From: Squalus acanthias | Taxonomy: Eukaryota | DNA: 64,000 nt | Direction: 5' to 3' | Assembly (NCBI GenBank): GCA_030390025.1 | Contig: CM059431.1 | Span: forward strand, 117,182,001 to 117,246,000 | Made by a program: the position numbers and the translations under genes | Shown: piece by piece, positions 1 to 11,615 of the stretch | Position numbering within the stretch: the stretch's first letter is position 1 | How the letters are laid out: each line of letters starts with the position of its first letter | The notes under the pieces: generated by a model | Told to the model about the DNA's origin: nothing | Databases searched by the model: none | Seen by the model: only the letters and a program-made list of their open reading frames with translations

Positions 1-620
1 TTGCCGTCATCAACCTTCTCTGTTACCTCATCAAAAAACTCAACCACATTAGTTAAACTTGATTTGCCTTTAACAAATCCATGCTGGCTTTCCTTAATTA
101 TTCCACATTTGTCTAAATTACTCATAATTTTGTCCCGGATTATCATTTCTAAAATCATCTCCACTACTGAGGTTAAACTGACTGGCCTGTAGTTGCTGGG
201 TTTATCCTTACACCATATTTTTGAACAAGGGTGTAACATTTGTAATTCTCCAGTCCTCTGGTACCACCCCCGTATCCAAGGAAGATTGCAAGATTATGGC
301 CAGTACCTCTGCAATTTCCACCTTTACTTCCCTCAGCATCCTAGGATGCAACACCTTGTGACTTACCTACTTTAAGTACAGCCAGCCTTTCTAGTACCTC
401 CTCTTTATCAATTTTTCTCCCATCCAGTATCTCAACTACCTCCTCTTTCACTATGAGTTTGGCAGCATCTTCTTCCTTGGTAAAGACAGATGTAAAGTAC
501 TCATTTAGTACCTCAGCCATGCCCTCTGCCTGCATGCGTAGGTCTCCATTTTGGTCCCTAATCGGCCCACCCCTCCTCTTACTACCCGTTTACTATTTAT
601 ATGCCTATAAAAGACTTTTG
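1..620 (-). mobile_element. CR1 LINE ORF2 fragment (linker/RT N-terminus), degenerate
   Basis: Minus-strand peptide AEVLNEYFTSVFTKE...EVLERLAVLKVGKS matches the other CR1 ORF2 copies in the window (e.g. 26060-26977). Confidence 0.9.
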
Positions 621-621
621 G

Positions 622-842
622 AATCCATCCCTAAAGGACATTAGTGAACCATTTGGGTTTTTATCACAATTTGAGAGCTTCATGATCTCTTCTGCTGATA
701 CCAGCTTTTTAAAATTTATTATTAAACAGAATTCAAATTCTCAAACTGCCATTGTGGGATTTGAACTAATGCGTTCTGGATTTTTGTTAGGGGCTCTGGA
801 TTACTCGTCTAGTAACATAACCACTCCATTATTACACCCATG
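622..842 (-). mobile_element. Degenerate tRNA-derived SINE
   Basis: Reverse strand shows a tRNA-like head (gtggttatgttactagac...gttcaaatccca) with A/B-box-like motifs. Confidence 0.5.
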
Positions 843-2099
843 ATGCAGTAGATCCCATTAAAATTTTGAAAGCTTTGTGTACAGAAATTCATTACAGATC
901 CAAGTAATTATTCATTATTGTCATTACACTTGAAAATGCATATATCTCAAGTTTATAATACTGATGTAAGCAATGTACTGTCTTAATCAAAGTACAGGTT
1001 TGGGAAAGATAGAAAGTGTGGGAATGGTTATTTATAATGGTGACCTGTTTAGAGTTTTATATTGTTCCAAGTAGAACCAGAAATGTAAATTGCTCAAGTG
1101 GATTTTAAAAGCCAAGTTGAAAGTAAATGCTTTTCCAGTTGTTTTGTCCTAACTCAGCTTGAGGTAATTATTTTCATTAATACATTTAAATACTGCGTTA
1201 TATACTAGAAATCTTGGTGAGGATTCAGCAGAATGTTTGCTTCCCAACTCCAAGGCTTTAGGTTTGTATCCTCAGGCTGTGTGACATTTAAAGCTGCCAG
1301 CCTTAATTCAATATACACGTACATATTTCCAAGTGAGAATAAAAATGAAAATATAATAAAACATTTTAGTTTCATTCAGGTACAAAATCTTGCCACTCTC
1401 TACGCCTACATTTAAATAAATTAATCCTACACTTTCCTTTTCTTCCAAATAAACTGTAGCGTTAATGTGCCTTCATAATTTTTGGACTATCATGGATTTC
1501 TGAGATTTTAAATAAAAAGGAATTTACAATCGAGCTTTTCCGTCTCTACACCCGTAACTACCACATTTCATAGCAACAAGTCCGACTCCTTTACGTGACC
1601 TCAGTTCTCTCTAGATAATTACATTAAGCTCTATTTCATTTGGTGCAGAGAATTTTTTTTTTAGTACACAATCACCTGCACAAATCAAGTCTCATGCAAA
1701 TATACTCGGGAGGTTCTTATTAGTTTACGTTTTATCACAAAAAACACCACCAGAAAATCCTTTAGGAATTCCTTTAATTATTTCAGAACTTCGGGCTATA
1801 ATTAATTCAAGTATTGTGCAAAGGGAAATGACTTACTACAGTAATTCCTACTATTTGAATAAATATTCTCCACAAAGATTTCTCCCCACATAGCACATGT
1901 ATTATTGGAAAGGGCAATTTGGGATTAAAACCCTAAGGTCTATATTTCCTTCTCTTAGTGGATTACTGGTTAATAGGGTTTATCACAGAATTTAATGGAG
2001 CAATTTTAAAATGCTGGCTTTGTGCCATTTTGACGAGGATGAACTCCATGATTTGTGAAGTGAACCGACCAGTGACAATCCAATAACACTTTTTTCACA

Positions 2100-2857
2100 T
2101 TTACTAAACATATAACTTGGTGTAAATCGTGAAGTACTTTCATTTTATTGGGGATGATTGCATTGACATCATGACATTGACAGAAACCTCCCTGCCTGGT
2201 TATACTTTACACCCCCTGCCCTGCACAAACAACCACCCTGCCCTTATCACCAAACCTCACCTTGGTCTCTTCCATTAACTCCTCTGGTACCTATTCCTCA
2301 TTTGTGCACCTCACCTTGTTCCACCCCTCTCAGCTTCCCTTTTAAAATCCTCATTCTCTAACATCCACCCAAACCCACCCTGACTTTCTGTCCGCGATAT
2401 CCTCACTCGTTTCCTCCCTCAATTTCTGCACTGAGCGACTCCTAATTCAACCTTCATCTTAACTCATCTTGGCCTTTCTCCTCTGAATTCACTGCCCTCT
2501 TGCACTTCCTTAAACAATTCCACCATATAAACTCTCCTACCTATATTCATGGCCAACCCCTCAACCATGTGTTTTCACGTGGCTACTATATTTCCACCAT
2601 CTCAATCACAGACAAGCGCATCCCTGATCACTTATTTGTGTCTCTCACAACTATCATCCCACTTCTCCCTTCCAACCCCACTTCCTCGGCATTCATCCCT
2701 GGGGAAAAGTACTTCCCCGCCCCCGCCCCAAGTCACTTATAACTGCACTTTCAAACTCCCAATTGGTTAGCAGTTGCCATAATTCCTCTCTAGCTGTTGA
2801 TGTGCTCAATCAATCAGTCACCTTTGTTTTTATGCCCTTGTCCCAGTAAAACCCTCA
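2100..2857 (+). mobile_element. L2 LINE, endonuclease region (5' half; interrupted by a Harbinger element)
   Basis: APE-type motifs (DIMTLTET, PTYIHGQPL, DHLFVS) in C/T-rich L2-like sequence; the element continues at 6714. Confidence 0.75.
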
Positions 2858-3192
2858 GGGGGAAAAAATTGTTCCCTTAGCACCTCCTGTTAGCACTAAT
2901 AGATGGCACTAATGGGGTGCTAAACCAATATCGCGAATCCAGCGCCACCGGTAAGAGATATCGCCGGGAACGTCAACGCCAGGTAGATCATGACGTCAGT
3001 GAGTGTACAACGCTCACTGACCACCCAATCTGCTAAATTGATTCTCACCACTTACCTTAGCGCCTGGAATAATCATCAACAGGGAGAGCTGGCATGAAGC
3101 ACCAAGAAGCCAGCTCCAGGGATGTTATTGACAGGGATAATCAGTAATCACTCGCAGCTGTCAGGTTAGTGCAGTTTCAGTGTTTTCTTGTC

Positions 3193-4417
3193 ATCTTTTT
3201 CTTATTCATTCATGGGATGTGGGCATCGCTGGCAAGGCCAGCATTTATTGCCCATCCCTAATTGCCCTTGAGAAGGTGGTGGTCAGCCACCTTCTTGAAT
3301 TGCTGCAGTCCGTGTGGTTAAGGTACTCCCACAGTGCTGTTAGGTAGGAAGTTCCAGGATTTTGACCCAGTGATGATGAAGGATCGGCGCTATACTTCTA
3401 AGTCAGGATCATGTGTGACTTGAAGGGGAACTTGGAGGAGGTGCCTGCTGCCCTTGTCCTTCTAGTTGGGAGAGGTCGCGGGTTTGGGAGGTGCTGTAAA
3501 GAAGTCTTAGTGAGTTGCTGCAGTGCATCTTGTAGATGGTACACACTGCAGCCATGGTACACCGGTAGTGGAGGGAGTTAATGTTTAAAGTGGTGGATGG
3601 GGTGCCAATCAAGCAGGCTGCTTTGTCCTGGATGGTGTCGAGCTTCCTAGTGTTGTTGGAGCTGCACTCATCCAGGCAAGTGGAGAGTATTCCATCACAT
3701 TCCTTACTTGTGCCTTGTAGATGGAGGAAAGGCTTTTGGGAATCAGGAGGTGAGACACTTGCCGCAGAATACCTAGCCTCTGACCTGCTCTTCTTTCCAC
3801 GGTATTTATGTGGCTGGTCCAGTTAAGTTTCTGGTCAATGGTGACCCCCAGGATGTTGATATGGGGGATTCGGCGATGGTAATGCCATTGAATGTCAAGG
3901 GGCGGTGGTTAGACTCTCGCTTGTTGGAGATAGTCATTGCCTGGCACTTCTGTGGCACGAATGTTACCTGACACTTATTAGCCCAAGCCTTAATGTTATC
4001 CTGGTCTTGTTGCATGCGGGCATGGACAGCTTCATTATCTGAGGAGTTGTGAATGGCACTGAACACTGTGCTGTCTTCAGCGAATATCCCCATTTCTGAC
4101 CTTATGTTGGAGAGAAGGTAATTGATGAAGCAACTGAAGATGGTTGGGCCGAGGACACGGTCCTGAGGAACTCCTGCAGCGATGTCCTGGGGCTGTGATG
4201 ATTGACCTTCAACCACCACAACCATCTTCCTTTGTGCTAGGTATGACTCCAGCCAGTGGAGAGTTTTCCCCCCCGATTCCCATTGACTTCAGTTTTACTA
4301 GGGCTCCTTGATGCCACACTCGGTCAAATGCTGCCTTGATGTCAAGGGCAGTCACTCTCACCTCACCTCTGGAATTGAGCTCTTTTGTCCATGTTTGGAC
4401 CAAGGCTGTAATGAGGT
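3193..4417 (-). mobile_element. 5'-truncated LINE (CR1-like clade, distinct family) nested in the Harbinger
   Basis: RT motifs ALDIKAAFDRVWH, GVPQDRVLGPTIFSCFIN and MEYSPLAW; flanking Harbinger sequence is contiguous in copy 2 (41530-41590). Confidence 0.85.
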
Positions 4418-4468
4418 TGGGCGCTGCTGCAACAGTTTCATTCAATAATTTCAAGGTTCTTTTTTATC

Positions 4469-4591
4469 AGGAGTCTTGTGGCAACTAAAAAGTAGTTACA
4501 TTTATTCTTCAAAGATTCAAACTGCTACAGAGGAGTCTTGTGGCAACTAAAAAGTAGTTACATTTATTCTTCAAAGATTTAAACTGCTACA
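4469..4591 (+). repeat. 62-bp tandem duplication upstream of the transposase ATG
   Basis: aggagtcttgtggcaactaaaaagtagttac...gctaca occurs twice here and once in the sister element near 41430-41495. Confidence 0.9.
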
Positions 4592-4604
4592 CTTGGTAAC
4601 ATTA

Positions 4605-4880
4605 ATGGAGGCTGTACTGGCATGCCACCTTGTCCTCCAGGATCTATGGTGGTGGGAGCGTAGGCAGCGATAAAGATGGGAACATGTGTGCAGAGAGATA
4701 AGGTGGGACATTAGGGCTCTCACCAGGAGACCTTACCCTCCGAGGGTATTCCGGGAGCACTTCTCCTACCTTCAATTAAGCGAGGAGCAGTGTTTAAGGT
4801 GGCTCCGCATCACCAAGGAGGTGGTCACAGAACTCTGCCACCTCCTCCAAACAGATCTCCAGCCTCAGACCAGGATGACT
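4605..4880 (+). pseudogene. Harbinger transposase N-terminal fragment
   Basis: RRPYPPRVFREHFSYLQLSEEQCLRWLRITKEVVTELCHLLQ, nearly identical to 41124-41419; truncated before the DDE core. Confidence 0.85.
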
Positions 4881-4929
4881 TAAACCCCAGATCCCCTTTG
4901 CTCACCACATCCCCATTATTCCATCCCTC

Positions 4930-6485
4930 TCAGATCTTGTGTGGCATCAAGCTGCGACTGCATGAGAGCAGGCTGAGATTGGATGCCACAAATCATAGAC
5001 TCCATTACAGCACTAAGACATTGTTTCACTTCCGCCTGTGCTGCATTGGAAGCTGCCAGATCGCCCATCACACGCAGCAGCAGATCTGGGTCGCCAAGGT
5101 CTCTCTGGGAGTTTACCATCCTTTGTAGACTCGAAATGGTGGGCTCCATGGTGTGCGCAGAGCCTTGTATGATGTTGGAGGCAGAATCCTCCACGCTCCT
5201 TACCATTGCCAAGAGGCTCTCGGGCTCCCTTGCCATTGCACCTATCATCTCCGTGTGCATGCCCATCATCCTTCTTCTAAACGCCTCCCTATCGAGGTCC
5301 TCGTATGAGTCCTGAGCAGCAGAACTTGCGCGCGAACTCGCCCTCCGTTGCGCTGGCCCCAGATCTACCCTTTCCCCCTGGCCTTGCTGTAGCCCACTTG
5401 TCACCCAGTGCCTCACCTGTGCAAATCCCGCTATTATACTAACCTCTAAAGAATGCGTAGTGCCAGTATCTGAGCTGGTGTCTGCAGGTGAGAGATGAAG
5501 TGACGCGATGTGTTCTTCCTCCTCCTTTTCTCCCGCCTCGCTCTCTACGGTGCCCTCTGGGACAGGCTGCTCAGCTGCTTGCTCATTATCTGAAAGCATA
5601 AAGGCACAAGAGTCGGGTTAAGGTGAGGGGAGGGGGGACAGGAACCGAGAAATGCATGCATACAGCATGGTTAGCTGGAAAGTGCGAAATGCTTGTGGGG
5701 TGAGGGGGAAGTGGGATGTGAGAAGAAAGAGTAAGGATGAACATACTGTTGTTGTCCCCAAGGAGGGTCAATGTCGCTGGTGGCCACAACACCCACCACC
5801 TGGCGCCCAATAATTTGCAGCGCTCGATTCTCCAGCTCAGACAGTGGTTGGGTGTTGGCTTGTCCCCCGCCTGTGCACTCCTGCTCCCTCCTGTTGTGCG
5901 TCACCTTGGCCTGTAAGAGAAAGGAAAGTGTGTGATTGAGTGTGGAGCAATGTGTTTGGGTGATGTGCCTGCCATAGTTGAATAGCTGTCATTGTGTGCA
6001 AGGTGTGAGATGTGGGTGTGAGTGTTGGTAGGTAGAGATTGTTAGTGGGTGAGTGCTGGGAGTTTGGTGCTTTGGGCAGTGTGTGAAGATTGTGGTACAG
6101 ATGGTGGTATGTAGCATTTGTTGAAGCATTCAATCACCCTGACCACCCGAGTGAGGTCGTTAAATTTCTTCCTGCACTGGGTGTGGGTCCTGGGGACCAC
6201 AGTGCTGCCCGAGACATTCTGCATTACCTCCCTCCACATGGTGTGGAAGACTTGTGGCGAGGGCCTCCTGCCACTTGCTGGGTAGAGCACCACCCTCCGT
6301 CTCTCCACAGCGAACACCAATGCCTCCAATGCTTCATCGGAGAATCTGCGGGTTCTCTCCCTGGGGTGTGGACCTGCCATGAGCACACCTGGTTCAGTCC
6401 TCCAGCTCCTTCTCCTTGTTCTGCTTCTGCTTGCTGAGACAGCTGCACAGGCAGCAATGTTGAGAATGAGGTGCTGTAGCAGCAA
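4930..6485 (-). pseudogene. Harbinger Myb/SANT-like DNA-binding gene, 3 exons (~6485-6138, 5910-5747, 5589-~4930)
   Basis: RFSDEALEALV...WREV...RTHTQCRKKFNDL trihelix/Myb motif; GT-AG sites at 6137/5911 (phase 0) and 5746/5590; 1-nt frameshift near the end of exon 2. Confidence 0.85.
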
Positions 6486-6713
6486 TGAACCTCCCCTTTA
6501 AGTAGTGAAAAAAGCCTGTGCCAATGATGAGTTGTGATTAGACTGCACCCAATATTGGTCCAGCCTTTAAGGGTAATGCCAATGAGCTTGGATTTTAAGA
6601 CTTGATTTAGGACTCCAATCATTTTATTCAGCAGTGAGGATGAATTTTATGTGCAGTCCAAAGCATTTGCGCCTGGCGCCACCCATTCCTTGGCTATAAC
6701 GAATTTCTAGCCC

Positions 6714-7610
6714 AAAGTTGCTCCCACCCTGGTATAGCCCCCTTCTCTCCCTGAAGTCCAAGGGGTGCAGGCTTGAATGTATCTGGTGCACTTGTTTAGC
6801 TATTCATTGTCATATCTGAATGAACCACTTTAAGCACTACCGGGCCCTGCTCTCCTCTGCCAAAACTGTACACTTTTCTAGGATCTTCCCCCTGCCCCCA
6901 CAACCCCACCACACCCCCCGGCCTCTTTTCTACACTACCAGCCATCTTCTTAAATCCCTCTCCCCTACCCCTCCACCCTCACCTCCAAATACAAGTGCGA
7001 GGAGCTTGTGGATTTCTTTGTCACTAAGATAGAGACCATCCATTCAGCTGCCTTTGACATTTCGCCTCCTCCTTTTGTCCACTAAGACAAATTTCCCGCA
7101 AGGTGCCCCCATGCCCAAGCCCTGAACCCGTATCGTTTTCTATTTTCTCTTCTATCTCCCCTTATGCCCTCTCCGAGCTCATCTTGTCCATGAGACGCAC
7201 CTTCTGCTCTCTCGACCCTATTCCCACTAAATTGTTGATTTCCTTCCTGGCCCCTCTGCTAGCTGACATTGTAAACGGTTCTCTCTCCTCAGGAACTATC
7301 CCCATCCATTCCAAAACTGTTGTCGTTACACCGTCGCAAAAAAAAACATATTTGAAAATTCCCATCTCCAATGTTCTTTCCTCTTAAGTCCTTGAATGTG
7401 TTGTCGCCTCCCAAATCTGTGCCAATCTTTCCCGCAACTCCATATTTGAATCTCACGAATTAGGTTTCTGCCCCTGCCAGAGTACTGAAATGGTCCTAAT
7501 CAAAGAGTCAAATGACATCCTCTGTAAGTATCACCATGGCGCACTGCTCCTATTCTTCTCAACCTTTCTGCAGCCTTTCACATGTTCGACCACACCATCC
7601 TCCTTCAATA
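6714..7610 (+). mobile_element. L2 LINE, linker and RT N-terminus (3' continuation)
   Basis: SLDPIPTKLL, LAPLLADIVNGSLSSG, GF..STEM and SAAFHMFDHTILL-like motifs. Confidence 0.8.
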
Positions 7611-7611
7611 A

Positions 7612-8003
7612 TATAAGGACATAGGAACAGGAGTAGTCCATTCAGCACCGTGACAATTTTCCGCTATTCAATTAGATAAGGCCTGATCTAGACCTCAACT
7701 CCATTTACCGGCCTTTGCTTTATATCCCTTGGTAAACTTACCCAACAAAAAACTATCGCTCTCAGCCTTGAAAATTTCAATTGATCCAGCATTAACAGCC
7801 TTTTGGGGAGAGGGTCCAGATTTAAACATTCTTTGTGTGAAACAGTGCTTCCTGATTTCACTCCTAAATGTCCTAGGTCTAATTTTAATATTAGATCCCC
7901 TTGTTCTGGATTCCCCCACCAGAGGAAATAGTTTCTCTGTATCTGCCTGAACAAATTCCTTTTTAAAGACCTTGATTAGGTCACTGTTCAACCTTCTGAT
8001 CTC
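7612..8003 (-). mobile_element. CR1 3' fragment
   Basis: RRLNSDLIKVFK...KLFPLVGESRTRG...FTQR plus a CR1-type 3' UTR. Confidence 0.85.
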
Positions 8004-8199
8004 AAGATGATAGCGAATTGGCAACCCGTTTTATATCTCTCCCGATTTTTATTTCCACAGTTGGAACAAAAAATCGGGAGAGATGTAAAATAGGCTGCCA
8101 ACTCACTATCATGATGCGGAGATGCCGGTGTTGGACTGGGGTGGACAAAATTGAGAGGTCGCACAACACCAGGTTATAGTCCAACAGTTTTATTTGAAA

Positions 8200-8237
8200 T
8201 CACAAGCTTTCGGAACTATCGCTCCTTCCTCAGGTGA
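8200..8237 (-). ncRNA. Minimal type I hammerhead ribozyme motif (pLTR, minus arm)
   Basis: Reverse complement of 10043-10080. Confidence 0.75.
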
Positions 8238-8572
8238 AGTAAATTGGATACAGAATCGTCAGAGCATATATAGATGGAAAAAAAAGCATGTGTACTTTAC
8301 AATTGCAGACCAATAAATTAAATCATCCTGACTATCTGCCGAGGTGTGATAAAGTTAATTAAGTCAGCCAGGAAGGTACCACATCAAAAGACATAGCAAG
8401 ATACAACTGAGACAATGAGGTGAAGTCGCAGGGGTTCTAACGTGTCAAAAGCTGCCGTCTGTATGTAAAACGAAAAGCTTTAAAAAAAAAATTTACTTTT
8501 TTACTGGGAAAATTTTTACTTTTTTACTGGGAATCACATCTGTGAACAAGCTAACGACGACTCGAGTCCGGA

Positions 8573-9482
8573 TCACGTCATGTATCGTGACATAAACCCA
8601 AGATCCCGATTGAGACCGTCTTCATGAGTGCAGAACTTGGCTATCAGTTTCTGCTCGATGATTTTGCGTTGTCGTGTGTTTCTAAGGTTGCCTTGGAGAA
8701 CGCTTACCCGCAGATCCGAGGCTGAATGTCCTTGACTGCTGAAGTGTTCCCCGACTGGGAGGTAACAATCCTGCCTGGCGATTGTTGCGCGGTGCTCGTT
8801 CATACGTTGTCTCAGTGTCTGCATGGTCTCGCCGATGTACCATGCCGCGGTGCATTCTTTCCTGCAACGTATGAGGTAGACAACGTTGGCCGAGTCACAT
8901 GAGTATGTACCATGTACCTGGTGGGTAGTGTCCTCACGTGTGATGGTGGTATCTGTGTTGATGATCTGGCATGTCTTGCAGAGTTTGCCATGGCAGGGTT
9001 GTGTGGTGTCGTGGTCGCTGTTATCCTGAAAGCTGGGTAATTTGCTGCGAACGATGGTACTTCTGAGGTTAGGCGGCTGTTTGAAGGCAAGTAGTGGAGG
9101 CGTGGGGATGGCCTTAGCGAGGTGTTTGTCGTCATCGATGACATGTTGAAGGCTGCGAAGAACATGGCGTAGTTTCTCCGCTCCGGGGAAGTACTGGACG
9201 ACGTAGGGTACCCTGTTGGTTGTGTCCCGTGTTTGCCTTCTGAGGAGGTCTATGCGATTTTTCGCTGTGGCCCGTCGGAACTGTCGATCGATGAGTCGAG
9301 CGTCATATCCCGTTCTTACGAGGGCGTTTTTCAGCGTCCGTAGGTGTCCATCGCGTTCCTCCTCGTCTGAGCAGATCCTGTGTATTCGCAGGGCTTGTCC
9401 ATAGGGGATGGCTTCTTTAACATGGTTAGGGTGGAAGCTGGAGAAGTGGAGCATCGTGAGGTTGTCCGTGGGCTTGCGGTAG
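8573..9482 (-). CDS. PLE ORF C-terminus: RT thumb, Cys linker and GIY-YIG endonuclease (open frame, 5'-truncated)
   Basis: YRKPTDNLTMLHFSSFHP thumb motif, PCHGKLCKTC linker, NVVYLIRC...WYIGET..TLRQRMNEH and GLNRD. Confidence 0.9.
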
Positions 9483-10042
9483 CACCACGCAACAATCGCC
9501 AGGCAGGATTGTTACCTCCCAGTCGGGGAACACTTCAGCAGTCAAGGACATTCAGCCTCGGATCTGCGGGTAAGCGTTCTCCAAGGCAACCTTAGAAACA
9601 CACGACAACGCAAAATCATCGAGCAGAAACTGATAGCCAAGTTCTGCACTCATGAAGACGGTCTCAATCGGGATCTTGGGTTTATGTCACGATACATGAC
9701 GTGATCCGGACTCGAGTCGTCGTTAGCTTGTTCACAGATGTGATTCCCAGTAAAAAAGTAAAAATTTTCCCAGTAAAAAAGTAAATTTTTTTTTTTTTAA
9801 AGCTTTTCGTTTTACATACAGACGGCAGCTTTTGACACGTTAGAACCCCTGCGACTTCACCTCATTGTCTCAGTTGTATCTTGCTATGTCTTTTGATGTG
9901 GTACCTTCCTGGCTGACTTAATTAACTTTATCACACCTCGGCAGATAGTCAGGATGATTTAATTTATTGGTCTGCAATTGTAAAGTACACATGCTTTTTT
10001 TTCCATCTATATATGCTCTGACGATTCTGTATCCAATTTACT

Positions 10043-10080
10043 TCACCTGAGGAAGGAGCGATAGTTCCGAAAGCTTGTGA
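10043..10080 (+). ncRNA. Minimal type I hammerhead ribozyme motif (pLTR, plus arm)
   Basis: UCAC-CUGAGGA-A-GGAGC(GAUA)GUUCC-GAAA-GC-UU-GUGA: conserved core, 5-bp stem II, stem I UCAC/GUGA, palindromic AAGCUU stem III. Confidence 0.75.
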
Positions 10081-10349
10081 TTTCAAATAAAACTGTTGGA
10101 CTATAACCTGGTGTTGTGCGACCTCTCAATTTTAACTCACTATCACCCATTATACACTATCACACAAAGTCAAGATATATGCCCATGAGTTTTATTATAA
10201 TTAACGGCCTTAAAGCAGGCTGCATATAGTGATACCACTATTCCCGACCAGAATGGAGATGATTGGGTAATTTCCCTGTCAATCACGCCTGGAGACGGCA
10301 CTGCTCTGAGTGACTGGATTGATTTTACGCACATAATTTACAAAGTATT

Positions 10350-10975
10350 AACATCACAGAAACCGGCCATTTGGTCCAACCGGTCCAGGCCGGTGTTTAT
10401 GCTCCACACAAGCCTCTTCCCACCACTCTTCACCTAACCCCATCAAGATAGCCTATTCCTTTCTCCCTCATGTGCTTATCTAGCTTCCCCTTGAATGCGC
10501 CTGTGCCATTCGCCTCAACTACTCCCTGTGGTAGGAGTTCCACATTCGAACCACTCTTTGGGTAAAGAAGTTTCTCCTAAATTCCCTATTGGATTTATTA
10601 GTGACTGTCTTATATTTATGGCCCTTAGTTCTGGTCTCCCCCGCAAGTGGAAACACCTTCTTTACATCTACCCTTGCAAACCTTTTCATAATCTTGAAGA
10701 CCTCTATCAGGTAACTCCTCAGTCTTCTCTTTTCCAGTAAATCATTTTTGTAACTTCTCCAGAGCCTCTCTATCCTTTTTCTAATATGGAGACCAGAAAT
10801 GTTCACAGTACTCCAAGTGTGGTCTAACCAAGAATCTATACAAGCTTAACATGACTTCTCTGCTTTCCAATTCTATCCCTCTAGAAATGACCCACAGTGC
10901 TTTGTTTGCTTTTTTTTTTATAGCTTTATTAACCTGTGTCACTACTTTTCCTGATCTGTGAATCTGTACCATCTG
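10350..10975 (-). mobile_element. CR1 3' fragment
   Basis: LVRPHLEYC, RRLRSYLIEVFKIM and FFTQRVVRMWNS on the minus strand. Confidence 0.85.
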
Positions 10976-11615
10976 TAATGGAATGCTAGCCTTTATATCT
11001 AGAGGACTAGAATACAAGGGGGTAGAGGTTATGCTGCAGTTGTACAAAACCCTGGTTAGACCACACCTGGAGTACTGTGAGCAGTTCTGGGCACCACACC
11101 TTAGGAAGGATATATTGGCCTTGGAGGGAGTGCAGCGTAGGTTTACCAGAATGATACCCGGACTTCAAGGGTTAAGTTACAAGGAGGAATTACACAAATT
11201 AGGGTTGTATTTGCTAGAATTTAGAAGGTTAAGGGGTGATCTGATTGATGTTTTCAGGATATTAAGGGGAACAGATAGAGTAGATAGAAAGAAACTATTC
11301 TGCTGGTTGGGGATTCTAGGACTAGGGGGCATAGTCTAACAATTAGAGCCAGACCTTTCAGAAGTGAAATTCGGAAACACTTCTACACACAAAGGGTGGT
11401 AGAAGTTTGGAACTCTCTTCTGCAAACAGCAATTGATGCTAGATCAATTGTTAATTTTAAATCAGAGATTGATAGCTTTCTGTTAACCAAAGGTATTAAG
11501 GGATATGGGCCAAAGGCAGGTATATGGAGTTAGGTCATAGATCAGCCATGATATCATTGAATGGCGGAACAGGCTTGAGGATCTGAATGGTCTACTCCTG
11601 TTCCTATGTTCCTCT
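10976..11615 (+). mobile_element. CR1 3' fragment (different subfamily, head-to-head with the previous copy)
   Basis: [37 protein letters not shown] and a 3' tail ending cctatgttcct. Confidence 0.9.

Larger units (their letters stand above)
2858..6713. mobile_element. PIF/Harbinger DNA transposon, internally deleted (family A, copy 1)
   Basis: Termini GGGGGAAAAAATT / AATTTCTAGCCC; convergent transposase start (+) and Myb/SANT-like gene (-); both ends homologous to 34799-41856 in the opposite orientation; splits an L2. Confidence 0.9.
8112..10133 (-). mobile_element. Penelope-like retroelement (Neptune-type), 5'-truncated, with inverted pLTR duplication
   Basis: 12-bp TSD AACTCACTATCA (8100-8111 / 10134-10145); arms 8147-8796 and 9481-10133 are reverse complements; 35-nt tail 8112-8146 on one arm only. 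Confidence 0.95.
8008..10186. mobile_element. Short palindromic Harbinger-type MITE split by the Penelope insertion
   Basis: 8008-8111 plus 10134-10186 align with the intact MITE at 13601-13775. Confidence 0.75.

Noticed and set aside
10350..11615. Twin-primed inversion of a single CR1
   Set aside because: The two halves have different 3' UTRs and diverged overlapping sequence, so they are independent subfamily insertions.
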